Both the position numbers and the translations under genes were made by a program. From the NCBI GenBank assembly GCA_021798115.1, contig JAJZYM010000009.1, positions 1-57,721 of the forward strand: a stretch of 57,721 nt of DNA, read 5' to 3'. Each line of letters begins with the position of its first letter. Position 1 is the stretch's first letter. Shown one piece after another: positions 49,679 to 57,721 of the stretch. The notes beneath the pieces are model-generated. The model saw only the letters and a list, made by a program, of their open reading frames with translations, had not been told where the DNA came from and did not search any database. This DNA comes from Pseudomonadota bacterium. GTDB taxonomy: Bacteria; Pseudomonadota; Gammaproteobacteria; JAKAQQ01.

Positions 49679-50014
49679 ATGGCTGTGTCTTTGCTCGTTC
49701 CGAACGCCTGGGCCGCCGCCGGCGCCGCCCCCCACGGCCAGAGTCCCTGGTCGCTCCTCATCTTTTTCGTCGTCATCCTGGCCTTCTTCTATTTCCTGGC
49801 CATCCGCCCGCAGGTGAAGAGGCAGAAAGAACACAAGAAGCTCATCGACGCCCTCGCCGTGGGTGACGAAGTGGTGACCCAGGGAGGGATTCTCGGTCGG
49901 GTGCTTCGGCTCACAGATCAGCTGGCGGTTCTCGACATCGGCAAGGGGACGGAGCTCACCGTCCAGCGCAACGCCGTCGTCGCCGTTCTCCCCAAGGGCA
50001 ATATCTCCTTCTGA
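49679..50014 (+). CDS. yajC: Preprotein translocase subunit YajC
   Basis: FYFLAIRPQ.KR.KEH, GDEVVT.GG, VLPKG. Confidence 0.95.
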   Translation: MAVSLLVPNAWAAAGAAPHGQSPWSLLIFFVVILAFFYFLAIRPQVKRQKEHKKLIDALAVGDEVVTQGGILGRVLRLTDQLAVLDIGKGTELTVQRNAVVAVLPKGNISF

Positions 50015-50056
50015 TTCCTCGTTCCGCCTCGGAGCCCCTCCTGGGACCCCCGCGTC

Positions 50057-51901
50057 ATGCTCAATCGTTATCCGCTGTGGAAGAACCTGACCGTCGTCCT
50101 GGTGACGTTCTTTGCCGTTTTCTTCGCCTGGCCGAACATCTACCCGAAGGCGCCGGCGCTCGACGTGACCCGGATCGGTGCGAACGCCCTGCCCGCGGGT
50201 ACCCTGGCGCGGATCGAACGCATCCTCAAGGACGCCCATCTCACGGCCCTCCAGGTGCGGCACGCCGCCCACGACGCCGTCGTCGTTTTCCGTGACCCGG
50301 AGCTGCAGCGTCACGCTCTCACTCTCCTCAAGCAGCGCCTCGGCGATGACTACTCGGTCGCGCCCAATCTCGTGACCCTCCTTCCGGGCTGGATGCGCTC
50401 GCTCGGCCTTCGGCCGATGCCCGAAGGCCTGGATCTTCGCGGGGGCATCTATTTCCTTCTGAGCGTCGATACCCACGCCGCCCGTCACGAGGCGCTCGAG
50501 AACGACCGCGTCGAGACCCAAGTGCTCTTGCGCCGCCACAACATCCACTTCCGTGCGGTGACGCTGCGTGCCCACGGGTTCGGGGTCGAGCTTCTCGATC
50601 CGGGCGAGCTCGCGGGTGCCCGCCGCCTCCTCCGCCGCCGGTTCTCGACCGCCGGCTTCGCGACCGTTCCGGGCGAACGGACCGCGATCGCGGTCCGCTT
50701 CCCACCGTCCGTCCTCGGTGCGCTCGACCGCCAGGCGGTCCGCCAGGACGTCTCCGCGCTCCGCCGTCGCGTCGACGAGCTCGGCGTGGCCGCCGCCGTC
50801 GTCGAGCAGCAGGGTCGGCGACACGTCGTCGTCGAGCTTCCCGGGATCGAGGACGCCGCCCGGGCCCAGCGGCGTCTCGGGGATACGGCGACCGTGCAGT
50901 TCCGGATGGTCTACACCGGCGCGGACGCCTACACCGACATCCAGCGCGGGATCGTCCCGCCGGGAACGCGCCTTTTCCACACGACGAGCGGGGCCCCGGT
51001 GCTCCTCGACCGCGCTGTCGTCGTGGGCGGCCGTCACATCGACAACGCCACGGCGACCTACGTCCACGGCCTCCCGGCGGTGAGCGTCACCCTGGACTCC
51101 GTGGGTGGTGGGCGCATGCTCAAGGCCACCTCCCACAACGTGGGCAAGCCGATGGCGGTCCTCTACATCGAGAACCGCAGCGTTCGGCGGACGGTCGACG
51201 GGGTCCGGCTCACGCTCACGAAGAAGATCCAAAAGGTCATCAACATCGCCACCATCCGCGGTGTCTTCTCGAGCAACTTCCAGATCACGGGGCTCGAGCA
51301 GCGTCAGGCGAACAAACTGGCCCTTCTTCTTCGGACGCCGCTCGCCGCTCCGATGACGGTGGTGGCTGAACGGACGATCGGGCCGAGCCTCGGACGGGCC
51401 AACATCCGTGACGGCATTGCCGCCGTGGTCCTCGGCTTCGCGCTCGTCCTCCTCTTCATGGCGCTGTATTACCGGGGCTTCGGTCTCATCGCCGACGTCG
51501 CACTCGTCATCAACTTTTTCCTCACCGTGGCGCTCCTCTCCCTGATCCACGCGACCCTCACGCTGCCCGGCATCGCCGGCCTCGTGCTCACCGCCGGTAT
51601 GGCGATCGACGCCAACGTCCTCATCTACGAACGGGTGCGTGAGGAACTCCGCAACGGCAGCACCCCCCAGGCGGCGATCCACGCCGGCTACGAGCATGCG
51701 TGGGCGACGATTTGGGACTCGCACGTGACGACCCTCATTGCGGCCGTGGCGCTCTTTTTCCTGGGCAACGGCCCCGTCAAGGGGTTCGCGGTCACGCTCA
51801 CTTTCGGCATCATCACCTCGCTCTACACGGCGGTGATGACGAGCCGTGCGATCACCAACTGGCTCTTCGGCGGGCGTCGGCTGACGCGCCTGCCCGTCTG
51901 A
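50057..51901 (+). CDS. secD: Protein translocase subunit SecD
   Basis: MLNRYPLWK, GLDLRGG, ERTIGPSLG, TLPGIAG, DANVLI.ER, KGFA.TL. Confidence 0.96.
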   Translation: MLNRYPLWKNLTVVLVTFFAVFFAWPNIYPKAPALDVTRIGANALPAGTLARIERILKDAHLTALQVRHAAHDAVVVFRDPELQRHALTLLKQRLGDDYSVAPNLVTLLPGWMRSLGLRPMPEGLDLRGGIYFLLSVDTHAARHEALENDRVETQVLLRRHNIHFRAVTLRAHGFGVELLDPGELAGARRLLRRRFSTAGFATVPGERTAIAVRFPPSVLGALDRQAVRQDVSALRRRVDELGVAAAVVEQQGRRHVVVELPGIEDAARAQRRLGDTATVQFRMVYTGADAYTDIQRGIVPPGTRLFHTTSGAPVLLDRAVVVGGRHIDNATATYVHGLPAVSVTLDSVGGGRMLKATSHNVGKPMAVLYIENRSVRRTVDGVRLTLTKKIQKVINIATIRGVFSSNFQITGLEQRQANKLALLLRTPLAAPMTVVAERTIGPSLGRANIRDGIAAVVLGFALVLLFMALYYRGFGLIADVALVINFFLTVALLSLIHATLTLPGIAGLVLTAGMAIDANVLIYERVREELRNGSTPQAAIHAGYEHAWATIWDSHVTTLIAAVALFFLGNGPVKGFAVTLTFGIITSLYTAVMTSRAITNWLFGGRRLTRLPV

Positions 51902-51923
51902 GTCTGCCTTTCGGTCCCCGACG

Positions 51924-52856
51924 ATGGAATTCTTCAAGAACGTCCCGCACATCAACTTCCTCGCCGCCCGACGCTACGCGCTCGTGCTCTCGTCGGTCCT
52001 GATCCTCGCGACCCTCGTGTCTTTGGCGGTCCAGGGGCTCCATCTCGGCCTCGACTTCACCGGGGGAGCGACCGTGCAGCTCCAGTTCCCGAAACCCACC
52101 CCGCTGGCGCCCTGGCGGGCGCTTCTCCACGCGCGTGGCTTCCGCGGGGCGCGCGTCCGCTATTTCGGCGGGAAAACGAGCCTCCTCATCCGCCTGCGTC
52201 CCGAACGTGGGGTGACGCTGACCGCACTCGGGCGGCGGGTCGTCACTCTGGTGCGCCAACACGACCCCTCGGTTGTCGTGGCCGGCATCGAGGCCGTCGG
52301 GCCCCAGGTCGGGGGGTCGCTTCGCATCAAGGGCCTCGAGGCCATGCTCGGGGCGCTCATCCTCATCGTGATCTATGTCGCCTACCGCTTCGAGTACCGC
52401 TTCGCGCTCGGCGCCATGGCGGCCACGGTTCACGACGTGCTCCTCACGATCGGGTTCTTCTCGCTCACACGGATGACCTTCAATCTCGACGTGCTCGCGG
52501 CGGTGCTCGCCATCATGGGCTACTCGCTCAACGACACGGTGGTCGTCTTCGACCGCATCCGCGAGGATTTCCGCAAGGCCCGCCGGGGCACTCCGATCGA
52601 GATCATGGACCGGGCGATCAACGAGACGCTCTCGCGGACGGTCATGACAGCGCTCATGACGCTTCTCGTGGTCGTCGCCCTCATGATCGTGGGCGGACCG
52701 GTGCTCCGCGGGTTCTCGGTCGCCCTCTTCGTCGGGATCCTGATCGGGACCTATTCCTCGATCTTCATCGCCTCGGCGACCGCGCTCTCGCTCGGGGTGA
52801 CGCGGGAGAACCTTCTCCCGAAGCCCCCGCCCGAGGCGGTGGACGACCGGCCTTAG
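51924..52856 (+). CDS. secF: Protein translocase subunit SecF
   Basis: GLDFTGG, VGPQVG, HDV, GYSLNDTVVVFDRIRE, GTYSSIFIA. Confidence 0.96.
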   Translation: MEFFKNVPHINFLAARRYALVLSSVLILATLVSLAVQGLHLGLDFTGGATVQLQFPKPTPLAPWRALLHARGFRGARVRYFGGKTSLLIRLRPERGVTLTALGRRVVTLVRQHDPSVVVAGIEAVGPQVGGSLRIKGLEAMLGALILIVIYVAYRFEYRFALGAMAATVHDVLLTIGFFSLTRMTFNLDVLAAVLAIMGYSLNDTVVVFDRIREDFRKARRGTPIEIMDRAINETLSRTVMTALMTLLVVVALMIVGGPVLRGFSVALFVGILIGTYSSIFIASATALSLGVTRENLLPKPPPEAVDDRP

Positions 52857-53674
52857 GTGGGGCGGGCTTCCGCACCGCTCGGCGTTTCCGCTTCCAGGTT
52901 CTGGAGCAGGCGGAGAAGCGCCGGGAAGACCCCGGGTGCGGCGGCGACGATGTCGCCCGTCTCAAGCCAGCGGTCAGCCCCTTCGGTGTCGCCGACGAGG
53001 CCGCCGGCCTCGACCACGATGAGACCTCCCGCGGCCACGTCCCAGGGCTTGAGTCCGAGTTCCCAATAGCCGTCGAGGCGTCCCGAGGCCACGTACGCGA
53101 GGTCGAGGGAGGCCGCCCCGCCGCGGCGCACCCCGTCGGTCTCGGCGAGGACGCCGCGGAGAGCGCGGAGGATCCTCTGGCGACGCCGACGGTCGCCAGG
53201 GGGGAAGCCGGTCGCGACGAGCGCCCGCTCGAGCCCGCGGACGCGGCTCGCGCGGATCCTCCGGTCGTTGAGGTAAGCGCCCTCGCCGCGGGCGGCGGTG
53301 AAGGTTTCGGTGCGGAGCGGGTCGTAAACGACGGCGGTCTCGAGACGGCCGCGGTGGGTGTGGGCGATGGAGACGGCAAAGACCGGATAGCCGTGGACGA
53401 AATTCGTCGTCCCGTCGAGGGGGTCAACGTACCAGACGTCCTCGGCGTCGGAGGGCGCCGGAGGGTTGCCTTCTTCGGCCACGATGCGGTGGCCGGGGTA
53501 GGCGCGGGCCAGCTCGCCGACGATCGCGGCCTGGGCCTCGCGGTCGGCGAGCGTCACGTAGTCGTGGAGTCCCTTGCGGCCGATCGCGCGCTCGTCGAGG
53601 CGCTCGAAGCGGCGAAGCAGGATCTCGCCCGCCTGGCGGGACGCGCGGAGCGCAATGGTGAGGGTTGGCGTCAT
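52853..53674 (-). CDS. suhB: Inositol monophosphatase family protein SuhB
   Basis: DYVT..D, AEE, WYVDPLDGTTNF, ASLDLAYVA.GR.DG, WDVAAG. Confidence 0.93.
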   Translation of the reverse strand: MTPTLTIALRASRQAGEILLRRFERLDERAIGRKGLHDYVTLADREAQAAIVGELARAYPGHRIVAEEGNPPAPSDAEDVWYVDPLDGTTNFVHGYPVFAVSIAHTHRGRLETAVVYDPLRTETFTAARGEGAYLNDRRIRASRVRGLERALVATGFPPGDRRRRQRILRALRGVLAETDGVRRGGAASLDLAYVASGRLDGYWELGLKPWDVAAGGLIVVEAGGLVGDTEGADRWLETGDIVAAAPGVFPALLRLLQNLEAETPSGAEARPT

Positions 53675-53760
53675 GACGCGGGGGGCGGCGGCTCTTAAGG
53701 CAAGGTCTCAGCATACCCGATCGCGGGATCGAGCCCGGTCCCCCGCCGTATAATCAGCCG

Positions 53761-54969
53761 ATGCCTTCCGCGCCGATCTATCTCGATTACGCCGCCACCA
53801 CGCCCGTTGATCCCGCAGTCGCTCGGGCCATGGGCAGCTGCCTCACGAGCGAGGGCACCTTCGCCAATCCCGCCTCGGTCACCCACCGGCCCGGGCGCGC
53901 GGCGCGTGCGCGGGTCGAGGATGCGCGGGCCCGGGTGGCGGAGCTTCTCCACGCCGATCCCGAAGAGATCGTCTTCACCTCCGGGGCGACCGAGGCGAAC
54001 AACCTCGCCCTCACGGGCGTCTTTCGTGCGCTCCGTCCGGAGCGCACACGGATCGTGGTCTCCGCGATCGAGCATCCTTCGGTGCTCGACACCGCCCATG
54101 CGCTTGCCGAGGAGGGGGCGGACGTGGTGGTCGTCGGCGTGGATCCCGAGGGGCGGGTCGATCCTGCGGTGCTCGAGCCGCTCCTCGATGAGCGGACGGC
54201 CCTCTGTTCGGTCATGCATGTCAACAACGAACTCGGGACCGTCCAGGACATCGAGCGCCTCGGCGCGCTCTGCCGTTCTCGGGGCGTGCTCTTCCACACG
54301 GATGCGGTGCAGAGTGCGGGGAAGATCCCTCTCGACGTGCACGCGCTTGCGGTCGATCTTCTCTCGCTCTCTGCCCACAAGCTCTACGGACCCAAGGGGA
54401 TCGGCGCACTCTATGTCCGCCGCGATCTCCCGGTGGGGCTCGTCCCCCTGATCCACGGGGGAGGGCACGAGCGGGGGCGGCGCTCGGGAACGCTCGCCAC
54501 GCACCAGATCGTCGGCATGGGGGAGGCCTACCGGCTCGCCGTCGAGCGGCTTTCCGAGGATCCCCCGCGTGTTGCGGCGCTTCGCGACCGTCTCGTCGAA
54601 CTTCTCACCGCCGATGGGCTCGGGCGGCTCAACGCCCGCGGGGCGGAAAGGGTCTCTGGCATCGCGAGCCTCACCTTCCCCGGCGTCGTTGGCGAGACGC
54701 TCCTCTATTTTCTCGGGGATTTGGCGGTCTCGCAGGGTTCGGCCTGCGGGGCGGCGCGCGGCGAGTCCTCGCATGTCCTCAAGGCAATTGGGCTCTCGCC
54801 CCTCGAGGCGCACGCGACGATCCGTTTCAGCCTCGGGCGGGAGACCACCGAGGATGAGATCGCGCGTGCCGCCGCTCTCGTGCGCGCGGCGGTCCAGGAC
54901 CTTCGCCGGCGGGCCCCCCGCGGCGAAGCCTCGGCCACGGAGCATCGGCGGGCCCATGGACACGACTGA
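53761..54969 (+). CDS. iscS: Cysteine desulfurase (group I)
   Basis: YLDYAATTP, FTSGATE, NNE.G, SAHK.YGPKG, RSGT and catalytic GSAC. Confidence 0.93.
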   Translation: MPSAPIYLDYAATTPVDPAVARAMGSCLTSEGTFANPASVTHRPGRAARARVEDARARVAELLHADPEEIVFTSGATEANNLALTGVFRALRPERTRIVVSAIEHPSVLDTAHALAEEGADVVVVGVDPEGRVDPAVLEPLLDERTALCSVMHVNNELGTVQDIERLGALCRSRGVLFHTDAVQSAGKIPLDVHALAVDLLSLSAHKLYGPKGIGALYVRRDLPVGLVPLIHGGGHERGRRSGTLATHQIVGMGEAYRLAVERLSEDPPRVAALRDRLVELLTADGLGRLNARGAERVSGIASLTFPGVVGETLLYFLGDLAVSQGSACGAARGESSHVLKAIGLSPLEAHATIRFSLGRETTEDEIARAAALVRAAVQDLRRRAPRGEASATEHRRAHGHD

Positions 54970-55420
54970 GACGGATTTCTTCGCCGCCTGGGTGCACGAT
55001 GACCGGAGGATCGGTGAGATCCCACCGGGGACGCGGCGGGCGCGGGCCGTACGACACAACGAGCGGCTCCCGTTCCTTCTCACCTGGGACTGCGCTTGGG
55101 GACGCGACGGACGGCTGCGGATCCGCTACCGGATCCTCGGCGGACCCGTGGCCCTGGCCGCCGCCGCCTGGTATGCCGACCGGCTCGACGGGCGCCCCGC
55201 CCAGGGTGTGGCTGTGCCCTCGGCGCTCGAGGCGCTGCGCGTTCTTGGCCTCGGCCGCGGGCACGCGGTCGAGACCCTCATGATCGAGGACGCGGCCCGT
55301 GAAACCCTCTTTTCCGCGTGTCTACGTACGGAGAACCGCCATGAAAGACGAAACGATCGACATCCGTTGGAGCCCAGCGGCGCTCCGCCGGGCGGAAGGG
55401 CTCCTCGCCGCCCAACCTGA
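54956..55420 (+). CDS. Degenerate IscU-like scaffold protein
   Basis: Sits between iscS and iscA. YRILGGPVALAAAAW and LMIEDAA align by eye with IscU FKTYGCGSAIASSS and ILAEDAI. Confidence 0.6.
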   Translation: MDTTETDFFAAWVHDDRRIGEIPPGTRRARAVRHNERLPFLLTWDCAWGRDGRLRIRYRILGGPVALAAAAWYADRLDGRPAQGVAVPSALEALRVLGLGRGHAVETLMIEDAARETLFSACLRTENRHERRNDRHPLEPSGAPPGGRAPRRPT

Positions 55421-55706
55421 GGGCTCCGGCTTCCGCCTGGGTCTGAAAGGGGCGGGTTGCGCGGGCTCGAGTTACCGCTTCGACCTCGCCTCCGGCCCCG
55501 CTCCGAACGAGCGGCGGGTCCTCTCCGAAGGCATCCCCCTCTTTGTGCCTGAGGCGCAGCGTGCCATCCTCGAGGGAACGGAGATCGACTTCGTGAAGGA
55601 CGGACTCAACAAGGTCTTCCGTTTCCATCACCCGCAGGCTCGCGAGGTTTGCGGCTGCGGCGAGAGCTTCACCCTGGACGTGGCGGAGAGCACCGCGGAC
55701 CGTTGA
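55341..55706 (+). CDS. iscA: A-type Fe-S carrier (IscA/SufA/HesB family)
   Basis: RLG.K..GCAG..Y, GTEIDFV..GLN, CGCGESF; GGAG RBS. Confidence 0.9.
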   Translation: MKDETIDIRWSPAALRRAEGLLAAQPEGSGFRLGLKGAGCAGSSYRFDLASGPAPNERRVLSEGIPLFVPEAQRAILEGTEIDFVKDGLNKVFRFHHPQAREVCGCGESFTLDVAESTADR

Positions 55707-55732
55707 CCGGTGCGCGGGGCGGCGGTTATGAT
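55703..55732 (+). promoter_or_regulatory. sigma70 promoter of tRNA-Arg
   Basis: TTGACC-N18-TATGAT followed by a GC-rich discriminator. Confidence 0.6.
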
Positions 55733-55742
55733 AGTGCCGCGC

Positions 55743-55819
55743 GCGCCCGTAGCTCAGTTGGATAGAGTACCTGGCTACGAACCAGGTGGTCGGGAGTTCG
55801 AATCTCTCCGGGCGCGCCA
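55743..55819 (+). tRNA. tRNA-Arg (ACG)
   Basis: GCGCCCG-TAGCTCAGTTGGATAGAG..CCTGG-CTACGAA-CCAGG..GTTCGAATC..CGGGCGC-GCCA; 77 nt. Confidence 0.97.
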
Positions 55820-55844
55820 TTTCTCAACCTAGCATAACTAGTAT

Positions 55845-55916
55845 TATCAAGTAGTTAATAGATTTCCGCCTGCCTTTTTCGTCGCGTAGTCGATTTATTG
55901 GACCAATTTTGGACCA
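55845..55916 (+). promoter_or_regulatory. att-arm elements: IHF site and tandem arm-type repeats
   Basis: TATCAAGTAGTTA (55845-57) matches WATCAANNNNTTR. TTGGACCA occurs at 55898 and 55909. Confidence 0.6.
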
Positions 55917-55959
55917 CATGCTTAGAGTGACCGGGCTCCTTATTCCGAGGACCCACACG

Positions 55960-56945
55960 ATGGCAACGTTCGACAAACGCGGGGATCTGCAATGGCGGGC
56001 CCGCGTCCGGCGGCGCGGGTATCCCGTGCAGAGCGAAACGTTCAACACCCGGGCCGAAGCGGAAGCTTGGGCGCGGCAGCTTGAAAGCGAAATGGAGCGG
56101 GGGGTGTTCGTCTCGCGCACGGAGGCCGAGAACACGAGCCTCGATGAGGCACTCAGACGCTACGCCAAAGAGATCACACCCCGGAAGCGCGGCGCAGCGC
56201 GAGAAACCTACCGCATCAACCAGTTCCGCCGGCATCCGCTCGCCCGCCGGCATTTCGCGACGATCCGCGGTAAAGACTTCGCCGACTACATCCGGGAGCG
56301 CGAGGAGCAGGGGGCCGGTGGCAACGTCATCCGGTTGGACCTCACGCTATTGTCGCACCTCTTCGAGACCTGCCGCAGCGCCTGGGGCATGGAATCCCTC
56401 GTCAACCCCGTTCGTTGCGCTTGTGAAGAGCACCCGCCCGAAGCTCCTGCCCGGACGGCACCGCCGGCTGCAACCCGGCGAAGAGGCACGGCTGCTTGCG
56501 GCCTGTTCATCCACTCTCGCCCCGGCCGTGCGCTTCGCCCTGGAGACAGCCATGCGCCGCTCCGAGATTACCGAGCTGCGTTGGGAGCACGTGAATATCA
56601 AGGTATGCACGGTGCGCCTCCCATTGACCAAGAACGGCGAGGTGCGCACCGTGCCCCTGTCCTCCATGGTGCGCGATGTCCTGCGCGCCCTGCCGCGCCG
56701 GTTGGACGGTTCGATGTTTGGCCTGCGGGCCAAGACCATCACCGAGGCCTTTGAGTGGGCCGTGCAGAAGGCTGGCATCGAGGACCTCACGTTTCATGAT
56801 CGTGCGCCACGAGGCCGTCTCGCGGCTTTTTGAGCGGGGGCTCAATCCCATGCAGGTGGCAGCGATTTCGGGGCACAAGACGTTACAAATGCTCAAGCGT
56901 TACACGCACCTGCGTGCGGAGGATCTGGTGGCGCTGTTGGGATAA
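55960..56945 (+). pseudogene. Tyrosine integrase (Rci/phage-like) with two frameshifts
   Basis: WRARVRRRG..QSETF, TAMRRSEI, TKNG, FHD-LRHEA, SGHK..ML.RY spread over three frames. Confidence 0.88.
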
Positions 56946-56980
56946 TTATGGATTATCCGATTACGAGAGCATCATAAGCA

Positions 56981-57265
56981 TTAGCTTTCTTCTGTGTAGG
57001 TATCACGGACAGTGCCGAGTTTTGTTTGACCCGGCACTTCGTTTCCATCCCCGTCTAGTATCCCTACCTCGTAACCCGAGTAGCACTTGGCGAATCGTCT
57101 TTGTTTCCATTCGTTTACGGTCATGTCATTTTTGGCGGCATTCGCATACGAGTATTGAGGAATTCCTTCTTTTGCGCCATGAACGTCCTTTCCATTCTGG
57201 CGAAACCGAACGCTAAAGCCTTCGATGTCCCAGATTTTCTTTTCAACGTTTTTCACTTTTGGCAT
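56981..57265 (-). CDS. 94-aa hypothetical island protein
   Basis: GAGGAG RBS 9-10 nt before the ATG; MPKVKNVEKKIW...GQTKLGTVRDTYTEES; visibly lower GC than the host. Confidence 0.75.
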   Translation of the reverse strand: MPKVKNVEKKIWDIEGFSVRFRQNGKDVHGAKEGIPQYSYANAAKNDMTVNEWKQRRFAKCYSGYEVGILDGDGNEVPGQTKLGTVRDTYTEES

Positions 57266-57380
57266 TTGCGTCGTCTCCTCGGTTAGGCTGGGTGATAGTG
57301 GGATATGTCTCGCGGGTTCAAGTTGGAAGTGCAACTGTGAGTGAAGTTCTGGTGTGGAAGAATACCTCATAGGGGGTTCG

Positions 57381-57721
57381 GGGTAGTGTACGGACTTGTG
57401 TGCAAATTCAGAGGTCATGGTATGAGGGAGGTTGGATCAACCCCCTGTCCTGATTCGGAGGGACCATACCATGACCGTGAAGAGGCCTAGCACCAACGCG
57501 ATCGACCTCAAAGCCCTCGTGGCGGAAGACTGTGACGGGATGAAATCCTTGATCAAAGCGGCCGTCCAGGAGGTCCTGGAAGCCGAGATGACCGAGCTCC
57601 TGGGGGCTGGCCCTCACGAGCGTCAGGAAGGCCGCCAGGGCTACCGGGCCGGCTATGACGAACGTGGCCTGGTGACCCGTGTCGGCAAGCTCGAGCTCCG
57701 GGTCCCCCGGGACCGTCACGG
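57381..57721 (+). mobile_element. IS256-family element: left end and transposase 5' part (CDS from 57471, truncated by the window edge)
   Basis: VQEVLEAEMTE.LGA..HER...RQGYR.G...R.L.TRVGKLELRVPRDR.G; IR-like GGTAGTGTACGGACTTGTGTGCAAAT. Confidence 0.9.

Noticed and set aside
1-57721. CRISPR array, rRNA or long tandem repeat array
   Set aside because: None seen. Intergenic gaps are short and show no regularly spaced repeats.

Overview
High-GC (roughly 70% by eye) Gammaproteobacteria-type chromosome segment, mostly core genes. In order: a decayed IS481-like end; RNase P RNA (rnpB); the full dcw cluster (mraZ to lpxC); a DciA-like gene; secA; a Nudix-ThiE fusion. A long minus-strand run follows: leucine dehydrogenase plus liu-type leucine catabolism, a TMTC-like GT-C/TPR membrane protein with a coupled GT2, then pilB-pilC-pilD-coaE-zapD. 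After that come a divergent icmF coupled to xerD, fdxA, a Nudix, tRNA-Leu(CAA), a DUF481 outer-membrane protein, queA-tgt-yajC-secDF, suhB and an eroded isc operon. tRNA-Arg(ACG) marks the edge of an island carrying a doubly frameshifted integrase, a small low-GC orphan and an IS256 start. Best candidates for new biology: (1) a two-gene lipid-linked protein/pilin glycosylation module next to the type IV pilus genes; (2) an IscU-like protein lacking its cluster ligands; (3) IcmF paired with Ldh and liu; (4) a TGT with a hybrid substrate pocket; (5) very basic periplasmic domains suggesting an acidophile. All homology calls come from motif recognition by eye; no searches were run.
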